The notes beneath the pieces were generated by a model that saw only the letters and a program-made list of their open reading frames with translations, was not told where the DNA came from and did not search any database. The position numbers and the translations under genes are program-made. From a candidate division FCPU426 bacterium (GTDB lineage: Bacteria > Oederibacteriota > JAAXVQ01 > JAUVAV01): a stretch of DNA of 64,000 nucleotides. The stretch spans positions 799,078 through 863,077 of the forward strand of contig JBFLYH010000002.1 in assembly GCA_040756875.1 (NCBI GenBank), written 5' to 3'. Positions 1 through 9,720 of this stretch are shown here, piece after piece; position 1 is the first letter of the stretch; the number at the start of each line of letters is the position of its first letter.

Positions 1-2768
1 CTCATGCCCAATATGCCGATCAGCGCCATAAACCCCATGGTGAGTCCCTGCAGCCAAAAAGCCAGGATCACACCAATGATCCCGAAGGGAATAGCCACCA
101 GAATGATGAGGGGCTGGCTTAAGGAGTTCAAAAGCAGCACCAGGATGAAATAAACGGCCAAGATGGCCAAAACCCCCGCGCGAATCATGTTTTTCATCAG
201 TTCGGCTGATTCCTCGGCTTCGCCTGTGGCCACCAGCCGGATGCCTGGAAACCGTTTGGCGACTCCTGCGAAATACGCAAAAACCTGGTCTTTGACCTCG
301 TTGGAAGTGGTCTTTTCATTGTCCACGTCCGCGCTGATAGTCACCACCCGCTGGCCTTGAAAATGCCGGATCGCCTGAAACGACGGTTTTCGATCGACTT
401 GGATAAAACGTCCCAGGGGCACCAAATGGCCGGCCTGGTTGCGGACTTGCAGGTCTTTCAAGGTGGCCATTTTGCGCCGGCTGGCTGGCTCCAACTGCAC
501 CCGGATGTCCACTTCTTCCTGTTTGAAGCGCACGCTGGAAACGACCTCGCCCTGAAAAGCCAGCCGTACCGTGCCAGCCACATCCGCCACGGTCAAGCCC
601 AGGCGGGCCAATTCCGCGTAATCAATGCGCAGTACTTCCTCGTCCTTGGCGTACTTCAAATCCGAAATCGGATCCAAGACCCCGGGCAAGGATTTCAAAT
701 AAGTTAGCAGGTCGGCCACGGCTGCTTGCTGTACTTCCTGGTTGTCGCCCAGAAGATTCAACTCCACCGGACGGCCTACGGGCGGTCCGCCCGAATCCAG
801 CTCGAAACTGACGGAGGCGAAACCCTTAAGGTTGGGGGCTTCAGCGCGCAATTGGTTGATGATTGCCGTGGCCTGCCGCCGGCGCTGTCCAAAAGGTTTC
901 AAGCGAACGTAAACCAGGGCCAGGTTGTCGGCCCGCAGGTCGCTCATGCCCACGTTATCCATGCCCACCCAGGTTTCGTAAGACAGCAACTCGTCAGACG
1001 GCAAAGCGGAAACCAATTTTTCCACCTGCACCACCTGCTCGGCGGTGGCGCCGTACGAGCTGCCCGCTTCTGACTCCAGATGGATCATGAACTCTTCGGC
1101 GCCTTCCACCGGGAAAAGCACGAATTTCAGGTGGTTGGCGGCCACATAGGCGATCCCCAATATAAAAATAAGCCCCACCAGCAGCGCCCAGTAACGCCGC
1201 TTCAGCACCCAGTCCAGCATGGAACGGTACATTCGGCGCGCGGGAATAAAAAGCGGATCAATAATCGCCCCTCGCTCCTTCCATCCTGCCGGCCGCTGGC
1301 CGCCGGCTGCCAAGTGGCTGGGCAATAAAAAGAGGGATTCAAACAATGAACCCAACAGCGTCCCCATGATGATGATGGGAATCATTTTAATAAACAATCC
1401 CAGCATGCCGCCCAGGGCAAAGAGCGGCAAGAACGCCACAATCGTGGTGCTGACCGTGGCGGCGATAGGGCCCGTTACTTCCAGCACTCCCTTAAACGCG
1501 GCTTCGGTCATGGGCAGTCCTTCTTCTTGGTAACGGTGGATGTTTTCCGCGACCACAATGGCGTCGTCCACCAACATACCCAACACCAAAATAAACACCA
1601 TGAGCGAAATGGAATCCATGCTTCCGCCCGTGGCCGCATGCAGGGCCATGCCCGCGCCCAAGCTGATGGGCACGCCCAGGGCCGTCCAAAAGGCCACGCG
1701 CAAGTTAAGAAAGGTGATTAGAATGGCCAACAACAGGACAAAACCTATCAACGCATTGTTGGTCAGAATGTTAAGCCGGCGTTGCGTCACCTCGGTGCTG
1801 TCCCGGACCTTTTGGATGACGAGAGCGGGCGGCAGTTCATGCTTGACTTCGTCAAGATAACGGTTGAGGTGATTCATGATGCTGATGGAATCGGCCGAGA
1901 CCTTCTTATGCACCCGCAGTCCGATTGAAGGGACACCGTTGACCCCGTAGGAAAAGTGATCGTCGGTCAAGCCGTTGAGAATGCTCGCCACGTTCGCCAC
2001 TGTGATGCGCCGGCCCTCGAAATTAGAGCGGACGATGACCTCGCCCACTTCTTCCGGCGATTGGAACTCGGCCAAGGTCAGGACCGAGGTTTCATCGGCG
2101 AATGATTCCAGCGTGCCGCCAGTCAGCCGGATGTTGCGGGTTTGAATGGCCCGGGCGATGTCTTGCAGCGTTAAATAATCGCGTCGAAGCTCATCCGGCG
2201 ATACCTGAACTGATATTTCCCGGTCCCGGTAGCCAAGCTTGTCCACCCGGGACACGCCGGGAAGGGATTCGATGTCCTTTTCCATGCGCACCGCAATTTG
2301 ACGCAATTCCCGCTCGGTCAGCGTCTTGCTGGACAGCCCCAAAATGATCACGGGTATCCAGGAGGTTTCTATGTCATAGACATTGGGGCGCTCCCGCACG
2401 GCCGTCGGCAAATCCGTCACCTGATCCACGGCCCGGCGGACATCGTTTTTCACTTCCTCCAGGTTGTCGGCGTCAGGATCAAGGGATACCACGATGTTGG
2501 AATAATTTTCCATGGAAATGGACCGCACTTTGTCGATGCCGTCCACCTCCATCACCTTCTCCTCGATTGGGATGGTCACATTGATTTCTACATCCCGCGC
2601 CGAGGCTGCGGGGTAAATCGTCTCGATGACCATTTGCTGCATGTCCACGTTGGGCAATACTTGCCGGTTCAGGCTGGTCATGGAGAGGTATCCAATGGCC
2701 ACAATAATGATGGAAAGAAGGTAAACCAAGAGTTTGTGTTCAATGAAATACCGGATAATGCGATCCAT
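1..2768 (-). CDS. RND-family (AcrB/CzcA-like) efflux permease, partial (runs off the left edge)
   Basis: Minus strand reads MDRIIRYFIEHKLLVYL... from ATG 2768 with a GGAGG RBS. It contains the RND TM4 motif GMLVDDAIVVAENI, 'STTIVAFLPL' and C-terminal 'LLFNSFSQPLIILVAIPFGIIG'. Absent from the ORF track because the stop lies outside the window. Confidence 0.9.
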   Translation of the reverse strand, partial: MDRIIRYFIEHKLLVYLLSIIIVAIGYLSMTSLNRQVLPNVDMQQMVIETIYPAASARDVEINVTIPIEEKVMEVDGIDKVRSISMENYSNIVVSLDPDADNLEEVKNDVRRAVDQVTDLPTAVRERPNVYDIETSWIPVIILGLSSKTLTERELRQIAVRMEKDIESLPGVSRVDKLGYRDREISVQVSPDELRRDYLTLQDIARAIQTRNIRLTGGTLESFADETSVLTLAEFQSPEEVGEVIVRSNFEGRRITVANVASILNGLTDDHFSYGVNGVPSIGLRVHKKVSADSISIMNHLNRYLDEVKHELPPALVIQKVRDSTEVTQRRLNILTNNALIGFVLLLAILITFLNLRVAFWTALGVPISLGAGMALHAATGGSMDSISLMVFILVLGMLVDDAIVVAENIHRYQEEGLPMTEAAFKGVLEVTGPIAATVSTTIVAFLPLFALGGMLGLFIKMIPIIIMGTLLGSLFESLFLLPSHLAAGGQRPAGWKERGAIIDPLFIPARRMYRSMLDWVLKRRYWALLVGLIFILGIAYVAANHLKFVLFPVEGAEEFMIHLESEAGSSYGATAEQVVQVEKLVSALPSDELLSYETWVGMDNVGMSDLRADNLALVYVRLKPFGQRRRQATAIINQLRAEAPNLKGFASVSFELDSGGPPVGRPVELNLLGDNQEVQQAAVADLLTYLKSLPGVLDPISDLKYAKDEEVLRIDYAELARLGLTVADVAGTVRLAFQGEVVSSVRFKQEEVDIRVQLEPASRRKMATLKDLQVRNQAGHLVPLGRFIQVDRKPSFQAIRHFQGQRVVTISADVDNEKTTSNEVKDQVFAYFAGVAKRFPGIRLVATGEAEESAELMKNMIRAGVLAILAVYFILVLLLNSLSQPLIILVAIPFGIIGVILAFWLQGLTMGFMALIGILGM

Positions 2769-3067
2769 CGCCGCCTCCCGAATCTTCAGGGTCTCGTGGG
2801 CCAGTTTGGTTGAAACGAGGGCATTTGATATATTTTGGGATTATACGCGGGATTGGTTAGGCGGTGCACTAGAAAAACATTTCTATGCTCTGCCCAGTCA
2901 CAAGAAAAAACCACCGGTTTGCTGGGGGCCTTCTTATGACTGGTAGGTACTTATTGACCGTGGGCGAATCCTACATCTACCTGAAATACATTGCCTTATA
3001 AAAATCCTCCGCAAACGAAGCGTGAGTTGGCAAGCATCTCAAAATGCCAATGAATACCGCCCAACCA

Positions 3068-3799
3068 TTACGCAGCTGCTGTCCTCGAACATTTTTCAGC
3101 AACAATTAAAATTTGCCTCTCTTCTTCAACGCGAATCACTTTAAATCCGGAGACACTCAACATCGCTTCGGCTTGCGCCGCTGTCCACCGAAAAGTTGGA
3201 TAAAATCTATCCACAAAAGACTTCAGGACAACCCATAGCATTTTGCCCGGAGTTCGTCTTTCCAAATGTCTAATCCTATACTTAATGAGTTCGCTTATGG
3301 ATTGTAATAAAACCTTTGAGTCCTGTTTTGGCAACGATAAAACAATAGTTCCTTGTGGTTTCAGTACCCTGTGAAACTCACTCAACGTAAAATAGAAATC
3401 AGCAACCGCTTGCATAACACTCATACTGACAACGTAATCAAAATACTCCTGTGGAAAGTCCAATGGATAATTCAGATCTGCCCGCCGAAAAGAAACATTT
3501 TCAGACAAATCGCGGCTGATTTTTTCTTGCGCTTTTGCTAACATTCCGTCGGCAAAATCCGTACCGATGACACGAAAGCCGGCCTTTGCTAAAGCAATCG
3601 CGTAATTCCCTGTTCCACAACCCGCATCAAGAAGCCGCTCAAATGAATCAATCCGGCGGTTCTTTATCACCTCCACAATATAATGAGGTGGTGCCGAGAC
3701 CATCGCTGGCTCGCGTTGAGCATCCCATGCATACCGCCCATAGAGACTCCAAAACATTTGATGCGATTTCCAAAATAATTTCGTTCTTTTAACTTTCAT
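3068..3799 (-). CDS. Class I SAM-dependent methyltransferase
   Basis: Motif I LLDAGCGTGNY, post-I VIGTDFADGML, and EFHRVLKPQG. Confidence 0.85.
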   Translation of the reverse strand: MKVKRTKLFWKSHQMFWSLYGRYAWDAQREPAMVSAPPHYIVEVIKNRRIDSFERLLDAGCGTGNYAIALAKAGFRVIGTDFADGMLAKAQEKISRDLSENVSFRRADLNYPLDFPQEYFDYVVSMSVMQAVADFYFTLSEFHRVLKPQGTIVLSLPKQDSKVLLQSISELIKYRIRHLERRTPGKMLWVVLKSFVDRFYPTFRWTAAQAEAMLSVSGFKVIRVEEERQILIVAEKCSRTAAA

Positions 3800-3886
3800 T
3801 TATTAAATTCCTTATTATCATAGAATTCGCATCAACAAATAGTGTGGATAATTTTACCTTCCTTCTCGATGGAAGGGTTTACCAAA

Positions 3887-3908
3887 CTGGCGGAGAGGCA
3901 GGGATTTG
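3887..3908 (-). repeat. 22-bp direct duplication of the tRNA-Ser(CGA) 3' end (att-like)
   Basis: ctggcggagaggcagggatttg occurs identically at 3887-3908 and 4082-4103. Confidence 0.85.
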
Positions 3909-4011
3909 GCCCCTTTACTCGCAGAGTTCGCTACGTAGCCGCCCCTCGCTTGCTGAGGCCCTGAGGATTTTTCCCCTCTTTTCGCTCGGCGCTCGTTCGC
4001 TTCAAATCCCT

Positions 4012-4037
4012 CTCTATACCTATCCTCTATACCTATC
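4012..4037. repeat. 13-bp tandem duplication
   Basis: ctctatacctatc x2. Confidence 0.8.
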
Positions 4038-4044
4038 CAGTAAT

Positions 4045-4074
4045 AAAAAAGCCCCCTCTGCAGTAGGGGGCTTT
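4045..4074 (-). terminator. Intrinsic terminator after tRNA-Ser(CGA)
   Basis: Stem aaagccccct/agggggcttt with a 7-nt loop, followed by a U-tract on the minus strand (aaaaaa 4045-4050). Confidence 0.75.
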
Positions 4075-4082
4075 CTTCTATC

Positions 4083-4174
4083 TGGCGGAGAGGCAGGGAT
4101 TTGAACCCCGGGTGCCCTTGCGGACACAACAGATTTCGAGTCTGCCGCCTTAAACCGGACTCGGCCACCTCTCC
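4083..4174 (-). tRNA. tRNA-Ser(CGA)
   Basis: GGAGAGG...GCAGA-CT-CGA-AA-TCTGT, long variable arm, GTTCAAATC T-loop, ends GCCA. Confidence 0.95.
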
Positions 4175-4266
4175 AACTTAAAATCCCTGGCCGTATCTTC
4201 ATTCGTTCCCCGCTATTCGATTGGCGAGGGCCGCAAGATATTTTTCGCCTTTCGGCGTTTGCTTGC

Positions 4267-4343
4267 TGGTGGAGCAGAGCGGGATCGAACCGCCGACCTC
4301 CGCGATGCGAACGCGGCGCTCTCCCAAACTGAGCTACTGCCCC
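4267..4343 (-). tRNA. tRNA-Ala(CGC)
   Basis: GGGGCAG acceptor with G3:U70, anticodon arm CCGCG-TT-CGC-AT-CGCGG, ends ACCA. Confidence 0.95.
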
Positions 4344-4527
4344 ATCAAGGAACAAGCCAGGCTGGCTTTATTATATTATGACCAGCAACCGGTTGTTCAA
4401 CAACTTATTGTTTCCTGAGCAACTGATCAATTGAAAAGTAGGCCGCAGGCTTGCTTCTGTTTCTTGCTCTGTTGTTCTACTGTCCACCTGCTCGCCTGCT
4501 CTGCCGCTTTTCACCTGCGGTGAAAAG

Positions 4528-4620
4528 TGGCGGAGAGGGGGGGATTCGAACCCCCGAGGCGGTATAAGCGCCTACACGCTCTCCAGGCGTGCTCCTTAAA
4601 CCGGGCTCGGACACCTCTCC
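4528..4620 (-). tRNA. tRNA-Ser(GGA)
   Basis: CACGC-CT-GGA-GA-GCGTG anticodon arm, long variable arm, ends GCCA. Confidence 0.95.
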
Positions 4621-4623
4621 CTT

Positions 4624-5127
4624 TTATACGTTCGCTTTCTTTTTTCTGGCACGAGACCGCCGCAACCGTTTAAAAAACCCTCTCAGTAACCGGCTGCTTT
4701 CGCGGGCTAAAACGCCGGTCTCAATCAAAGGCCGGTGGTTCAGCCTTGGGTTTCCCAGCACCGACAAAACCGAACCGCAAGCGCCGGCTTTGGGATCCTG
4801 GGCCCCGTAAACCACCTTAGCCACACGAGACCAGGTAATTGCCCCGGCGCACATGGCACAAGGCTCCAGGGTCACGTAGAGATGAGCGCCTTCCAAACGC
4901 CAGCCACCTTGCCGTCGGGCGGCTTGACGGAGAGCAATGATCTCCGCGTGTTGGGTGGCGTCTTTCCGGGTTTCAACCCGGTTATGCCCGCGGCCTACTA
5001 CTCTACCTTCGCTAACCACTACAGCCCCCACTGGGACTTCTCCAGCCTGTAACGCTTTACGGGCTTCCCGCAAAGCTTGCTGCATGAAGTATTCATCCGG
5101 GCGGGATGGGGTTTCTATCCTGGGCAT
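4624..5127 (-). CDS. tadA: tRNA adenosine(34) deaminase TadA
   Basis: GEVPVGAV, HAE and LEPCAMC zinc motifs. Start moved to ATG 5127 (GGAG RBS) because the longer ORF overlaps tRNA-Arg. Confidence 0.93.
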   Translation of the reverse strand: MPRIETPSRPDEYFMQQALREARKALQAGEVPVGAVVVSEGRVVGRGHNRVETRKDATQHAEIIALRQAARRQGGWRLEGAHLYVTLEPCAMCAGAITWSRVAKVVYGAQDPKAGACGSVLSVLGNPRLNHRPLIETGVLARESSRLLRGFFKRLRRSRARKKKANV

Positions 5128-5181
5128 ATCACTCCGCGCAAAACAAGCCCATGGCTTCGGTTTTCGCGCAGTAAAATAATC

Positions 5182-5258
<77 letters not shown>

Positions 5259-5268
5259 GAGGAGGGTG

Positions 5269-5297
5269 ATTATACCTTGATCCAGCTAACCCGACAA
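5269..5297 (-). promoter_or_regulatory. sigma70-type promoter for tRNA-Arg/tadA
   Basis: TTGTCG-17 nt-TATAAT on the minus strand, 10 nt upstream of the tRNA. Confidence 0.6.
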
Positions 5298-5367
5298 CAG
5301 TAAAAAAACGAGTCTTTTATTGGCGGCGTTTCCGGGAAGGAGTCCGATTCGAGGCGAGTGAAAAATC

Positions 5368-5396
5368 TTGCCGGAAAAGAAAATAGCCGCTATAAT
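5368..5396 (+). promoter_or_regulatory. sigma70-type promoter, divergent
   Basis: TTGCCG-17 nt-TATAAT. Confidence 0.55.
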
Positions 5397-5435
5397 TAGG
5401 CTCCAAAGTATATATATTACGCTAGGCGGTTTTCA

Positions 5436-6212
5436 ATGCCTTCTTCTCAACTTCGTGAATATCCCTGGTGGGTGCGCTTGTTATTGAGCACCATTGCGCT
5501 GGCATTGTTGCTTTTTACCTTTAAAGTGATGACCGCCTTGTCCCAACCCACGGAGTATCTCAATTCCTACGCAGCTGTTCAGAAAAAACCCGGAAATGCC
5601 AAACAAGTTCAAACCATGGGAATCCTAGATTACCGTACATTTTTATACCTGGTGGGCCCAATTGTGGCCGCTGAAAACGAGAAAAACAATGGTCCCCTTT
5701 TCCGTTCAGATATTCCTCCGGCCATGAATCCGGCCACATTTTCCGATGCCACCGGCGCCATCGAAATCCAGGCTCATACGCTGCCTTTAACCCCGCACGA
5801 TCCTTCCTCCTACTCCTTCAACCAAACGCTCCATTTCCTCGGGTGGCGTATTTCCGAAACCGCTCTGGAACTTTTTGCGGTTGCAGCCTCCCAGGCCGAG
5901 CTTTCGGATCTGCTCTACTCGAGGTCCGAACACTGGAAGCGAACTCTGTTTGCACAAGGGGCTTTGCTGGCGATTTTGGTTTTTTCCATATTTTGGCTGC
6001 TTAATTTGGCTGTATTATCCAATCCAAGCCTGCAAGCCGTACAGTTGTTGCTGGTTAATTTAATCTTTTTAGTTCTTTTTTATAGCGTCTTAGTGCTGGT
6101 CCGTTATCCCTTGGCCAGCACGGTTCTTATTACTGCCGGTATCCTGGCGGCCGCCAACCTTGTGTTTTTCCCTTTGTCCTGGCTCGTCAATCGGCTGACA
6201 CGCGGGAAATAA
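5436..6212 (+). CDS. Hypothetical membrane protein
   Basis: One N-terminal TM helix and three C-terminal hydrophobic helices; no family recognised. Confidence 0.7.
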   Translation: MPSSQLREYPWWVRLLLSTIALALLLFTFKVMTALSQPTEYLNSYAAVQKKPGNAKQVQTMGILDYRTFLYLVGPIVAAENEKNNGPLFRSDIPPAMNPATFSDATGAIEIQAHTLPLTPHDPSSYSFNQTLHFLGWRISETALELFAVAASQAELSDLLYSRSEHWKRTLFAQGALLAILVFSIFWLLNLAVLSNPSLQAVQLLLVNLIFLVLFYSVLVLVRYPLASTVLITAGILAAANLVFFPLSWLVNRLTRGK

Positions 6213-6213
6213 T

Positions 6214-6531
6214 ATGCGCATTGAAAATATCAAGGACCATATTCAGTTTGAAGATGAAGGGTTTGGGCGTTCGGTTGTGATCACATCGGATAACTCGGTG
6301 CTTTTCCTATATACCTTCAAACCAGGCCAAGCCATGACCGAGCATACCCATCCTTTCACGAATGAATATGTGACTGTCATTGAAGGGGAAGCGCTTATCT
6401 CGGTGGATGTGGAATCTGTCCTGGTTGCGCCCCAACAAGTGGTTTTCATCCCCCGGGAATCCGTTCACTCCATACATAACCATTCTTCCAAGCCCCTGAT
6501 CGTCGCCAGCTTCATGACGCCCAAACCCTAA
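6214..6531 (+). CDS. Cupin-domain protein
   Basis: PGQAMTEHTHP..E and IPRESVHSIHN cupin motifs. Confidence 0.85.
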   Translation: MRIENIKDHIQFEDEGFGRSVVITSDNSVLFLYTFKPGQAMTEHTHPFTNEYVTVIEGEALISVDVESVLVAPQQVVFIPRESVHSIHNHSSKPLIVASFMTPKP

Positions 6532-6583
6532 TACCTTCCTCCTCCTACGCTTCAAATCCCTCGCTGGTCTTTTGCCTTGGGTC

Positions 6584-6612
6584 TTGACGCCAATGAACGG
6601 CTGACTTATTAT
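6584..6612 (+). promoter_or_regulatory. sigma70-type promoter for the fixCX operon
   Basis: TTGACG-17 nt-TATTAT. Confidence 0.55.
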
Positions 6613-6655
6613 GTGTCCTTACGATCCCTGATCTTGGCAGGTTTTGGAGGTTGAA

Positions 6656-7954
6656 ATGGCAGACGATCAATTTGATGTTATCGTGGTAGGAGCGGGCCCC
6701 TCGGGACTGACGGTTGCGCTCCGTCTGGCCCAGGCGGGGTTGCAAGTCGCAGTGCTAGAACGTGGAGCTTTCGCAGGTTCTAAAAACGTTATGGGCGGCA
6801 TTTTTTACCGCCACCCCCTGGAAACCGTCCTTCCCGATTTTTGGAAAACCGCCCCCGTGGAACGCGCCATTGTCGAACAACGCTACTGGATGCTGGGACA
6901 ACAGGGACATGTTGGAGCGGGTGTCCGCAGCCAGCGGTTCGGCGGCGACCATCCGAATTGTTGGTCGGTCTTCAGAGCGCGATTTGACCGTTGGTTGGCT
7001 GAACAGGTGGAAGCCGCCGGGGCCATGCTGCTAACCGAAGCCACCGTGGAATCTCTTTTGGTTGAAAACGGCCGTGTGGTTGGCGTGCATACCGGCTTGG
7101 AAGACGGCGATTTGAAAGCCAATGTTGTGGTGATCGCCGAGGGCGTGAATTCCCTCCTGCTGCGCGATCTGGGCATCCATCCTGAGCTCAAGCCCAACCA
7201 GGTCGCTACGGTCGTAAAAGAAGTCATTTCCCTTCCGGCAGAAAAAATCGAAGACCGCTTTAATGTCGAAGCCGGCCAAGGTGTCTCCATCGAACTCTTG
7301 GGAACCTTGACCCGCGGCGCCGTCGGAATAGGTTTTCTGTATTCCAATCGCGACAGTATCTCCCTGGGCGTGGGTGTTCTGACTTCCGATTTGGCCCGAT
7401 TAAAGCTGGATCCCCATGATTTAATCGAAAACCTTAAAAACCACCCCAGCATCCGCCCGCTTCTTGCCGGAGGTAAAACCGAGGAATACTTGGCTCATCT
7501 GATCCCCGAAGGGGGCTATCGGGCCATTCCCAAGGTGCATGGAAACGGCTGGGTGGCGGTCGGTGATTCAGTCATGTTGGTTGACAGCGTCCATCGCGAA
7601 GGTTCCAATTTGGCCGTTAAATCCGGTATTTTGGCCGCCGAGGCCATTATTCAGGCCAAATCCAAAAACGACTTTTCCGAGGCTGGTCTGGCCAGTTATC
7701 GCGAACGCTTAAACGCCAGTTTTGTGATGAAGGACTTAAGAAAATACAAGAACTTCAGCCATTATTTGGAATCCCATCCGCATTTTTTCTCCGTTTACCC
7801 CGATTTGATCAATGATGCGGGGACTGCTTTCTTCTCCGTAGATGGAAAAAGCAAACGTCAGATGCAGATGGAACTTTTCAATATGTTTAAAAAGCGTCGC
7901 GGACTAGTTGGTCTGTTCATGGACGCCCTGCAGGGAGGAATGAGCGCATTATGA
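6656..7954 (+). CDS. fixC: FixC-like FAD-dependent oxidoreductase (ETF:quinone oxidoreductase flavoprotein)
   Basis: DVIVVGAGPSG Rossmann motif, ERG..AGSKNVMGG, AHLIPEGGY, VGDS..HREGSNLA; ATG 6656 follows GGAGG; coupled to fixX. Confidence 0.85.
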   Translation: MADDQFDVIVVGAGPSGLTVALRLAQAGLQVAVLERGAFAGSKNVMGGIFYRHPLETVLPDFWKTAPVERAIVEQRYWMLGQQGHVGAGVRSQRFGGDHPNCWSVFRARFDRWLAEQVEAAGAMLLTEATVESLLVENGRVVGVHTGLEDGDLKANVVVIAEGVNSLLLRDLGIHPELKPNQVATVVKEVISLPAEKIEDRFNVEAGQGVSIELLGTLTRGAVGIGFLYSNRDSISLGVGVLTSDLARLKLDPHDLIENLKNHPSIRPLLAGGKTEEYLAHLIPEGGYRAIPKVHGNGWVAVGDSVMLVDSVHREGSNLAVKSGILAAEAIIQAKSKNDFSEAGLASYRERLNASFVMKDLRKYKNFSHYLESHPHFFSVYPDLINDAGTAFFSVDGKSKRQMQMELFNMFKKRRGLVGLFMDALQGGMSAL

Positions 7955-8229
7955 AACTTGAAGACAAACTATTTTTAGTCACTTTCCAAGCTGACACCGA
8001 AAGTCACCTGTCGGTTAAAAACCAAGAGCTTTGCCGCAAGTGTCAGGATAAACCCTGCATTAACGCCTGCCCCGCGGACTGCTGGGAACACGAACACGAA
8101 AAGAATGAAGTGTTGGTTTCCTTTGAAGGCTGCCTGGAGTGCGGAACCTGTCGCATTATTTGCCCGTATGATAATATCAACTGGCGATACCCCAGGGGTG
8201 GTTTCGGCGTTAAGTATAAATTCGGCTAG
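7951..8229 (+). CDS. fixX: FixX ferredoxin
   Basis: CxxC..C..CPA and CLECGTCRIIC, with WRYPRGGFGVKYKFG; ATGA overlap with fixC. Confidence 0.88.
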   Translation: MKLEDKLFLVTFQADTESHLSVKNQELCRKCQDKPCINACPADCWEHEHEKNEVLVSFEGCLECGTCRIICPYDNINWRYPRGGFGVKYKFG

Positions 8230-8237
8230 ACTAATAC

Positions 8238-8783
8238 ATGCCGCCTCTCCTGCTTGCGCTATTGGGAAGCCCTCGTCCGCAGGGTGCCTGCGCGCAAATG
8301 TTGCGTGCTTTTTGTGCAGGCGCCAGTAATTGGAAAATCAAAAAAATCAATCTGTTCCGCCTGCACATCCGTCCTTGTCTGGGTTGCGAATCATGCCAAA
8401 AATCGAGGATTTGCCGCCATGTGGACGATATGGTAGAATTATTCAGATGGCTGGACCAAGCTCAAGCAGTGGTCTTATCCGCACCGGTTTATTTTTACGG
8501 TTTGCCCGCGCCAACCAAAGCCGTCGTTGACCGCTGCCACCCCCTCTGGCACGATCCCTACTGGCAGCAACGACATCGTCGCCCCGGTTTTTTGCTATCG
8601 GCCTGCGGCCGGAACCTCCTTTCAGAATTCGATATATTGCGCCGCGAAACGATAGCTTTTTTCAATACTATCGGTTGTCGCTTGGAAGGGGAAGTCCTTC
8701 TTCCGGGCCGTGAGAACAAAGATGCCTCAAAACGCTTGACTGCCGCAATAAGGAAAAGTCGTCATTTGGCTAGACGTTTATAG
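8238..8783 (+). CDS. Flavodoxin-family / iron-sulfur flavoprotein (NADPH-dependent FMN reductase fold)
   Basis: GSPR, CLGCESC....C, DDM, SAPVYFYG..KAVVDR. Confidence 0.8.
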   Translation: MPPLLLALLGSPRPQGACAQMLRAFCAGASNWKIKKINLFRLHIRPCLGCESCQKSRICRHVDDMVELFRWLDQAQAVVLSAPVYFYGLPAPTKAVVDRCHPLWHDPYWQQRHRRPGFLLSACGRNLLSEFDILRRETIAFFNTIGCRLEGEVLLPGRENKDASKRLTAAIRKSRHLARRL

Positions 8784-8793
8784 GAGTAGAAAA

Positions 8794-9357
8794 ATGGAAA
8801 AGCAGGAATGGCGTCAACATTTTCTCCAGGCTCGCCGATCATTATCAGCCCTTCAACGTATTTCGTTCTCGGCGGCCATCCACCGACAGGTTCTTAACCA
8901 TCCGGCCTGGCACCGGGCCCGGACCATCGGTTTTTATTTCGCTTTCCCGGACGAAGTCCAAACCCACTCCTTGTTGCAGTCGGCGTGGAAACGTGGAAAA
9001 AAAATTGCGGCTCCGGTCATTAACCGCTGGCGTCAAAATATCGAGTTTCGTTTGCTGTCTTCTATCCCTCCGTGGCCTTTGCCGCATAAACAAATGACTC
9101 GCCTTCCGATAATGCAACCGCTTCCGGCGGAACGGCTTGATTTAGTGCTTGTTCCAGGAGTGGGATTCGACGAGCGCGGGATTCGTCTTGGCTTTGGCAA
9201 GGGATATTACGATCGTTTTTTTAAATCCTGTCGTGCTTTTCGCATGGGATTGGCCTATGAAAGCCAGTTGACGTCATGCCTGCCCTCGCGCGAATGGGAT
9301 GTTCCTGTGGACTGCCTTATCACTGAAAAACGGTCAATTGTTACTGCCCCTGCCTAA
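8794..9357 (+). CDS. 5-formyltetrahydrofolate cyclo-ligase
   Basis: DLVLVPGVGFDERGIRLGFGKGYYDRF and WDVPVDCLITE. Confidence 0.92.
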   Translation: MEKQEWRQHFLQARRSLSALQRISFSAAIHRQVLNHPAWHRARTIGFYFAFPDEVQTHSLLQSAWKRGKKIAAPVINRWRQNIEFRLLSSIPPWPLPHKQMTRLPIMQPLPAERLDLVLVPGVGFDERGIRLGFGKGYYDRFFKSCRAFRMGLAYESQLTSCLPSREWDVPVDCLITEKRSIVTAPA

Positions 9358-9715
9358 AAAAGTGCCGTTCCAGCGTCTTTAAAAAAGATACGGCATGAAT
9401 TGGTTTAGTAATGACTTCTGCACATCCCGCCTCCAATGCCTTTTCCTGATCCCCGGCCATAGCATACGCCGTCACCGCCACGATCGGAATCGCGCTAAAA
9501 TCGGGGTCCTGTTTTATCTTACGCGTCAACGTGTATCCGTCCACATCAGGGAGTTGCATATCCATCAAGATAAGATCCGGGCGTTGGCTCCGCAAGCGAT
9601 CCCAGCAGGAATCGGCATCTTCGGCAGTAACGACTTGATATCCAGCAGAGGTTAACAGATCGAAGAGCAATTCCAAATTGACCGGATTATCTTCCACCAC
9701 TAAAATGGTCGGCAT
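9341..9715 (-). CDS. Single-domain response regulator (CheY/DivK-like)
   Basis: ILVVEDN, PDLILMDMQLPDVDG, VTAYAM, ITKPI; start may be 9715-9730. Confidence 0.9.
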   Translation of the reverse strand: MPTILVVEDNPVNLELLFDLLTSAGYQVVTAEDADSCWDRLRSQRPDLILMDMQLPDVDGYTLTRKIKQDPDFSAIPIVAVTAYAMAGDQEKALEAGCAEVITKPIHAVSFLKTLERHFFRQGQ

Positions 9716-9720
9716 CACGT

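Noticed and set aside
163-2946. Many short plus-strand ORFs
   Set aside because: Antisense to the RND permease, which the ORF track missed because it lacks a stop inside the window
3844-4418. ORFs overlapping the tRNA cluster
   Set aside because: They are translations of tRNA genes and spacers
6548-6562. 15-bp match cgcttcaaatccctc to the tRNA-linked mini-element (3998-4012)
   Set aside because: One or two 15-mer repeats are expected by chance in 64 kb; no flanking similarity
8784-8793. 6S RNA often found upstream of 5-formyl-THF cyclo-ligase
   Set aside because: Only a 10-nt intergenic gap; no room
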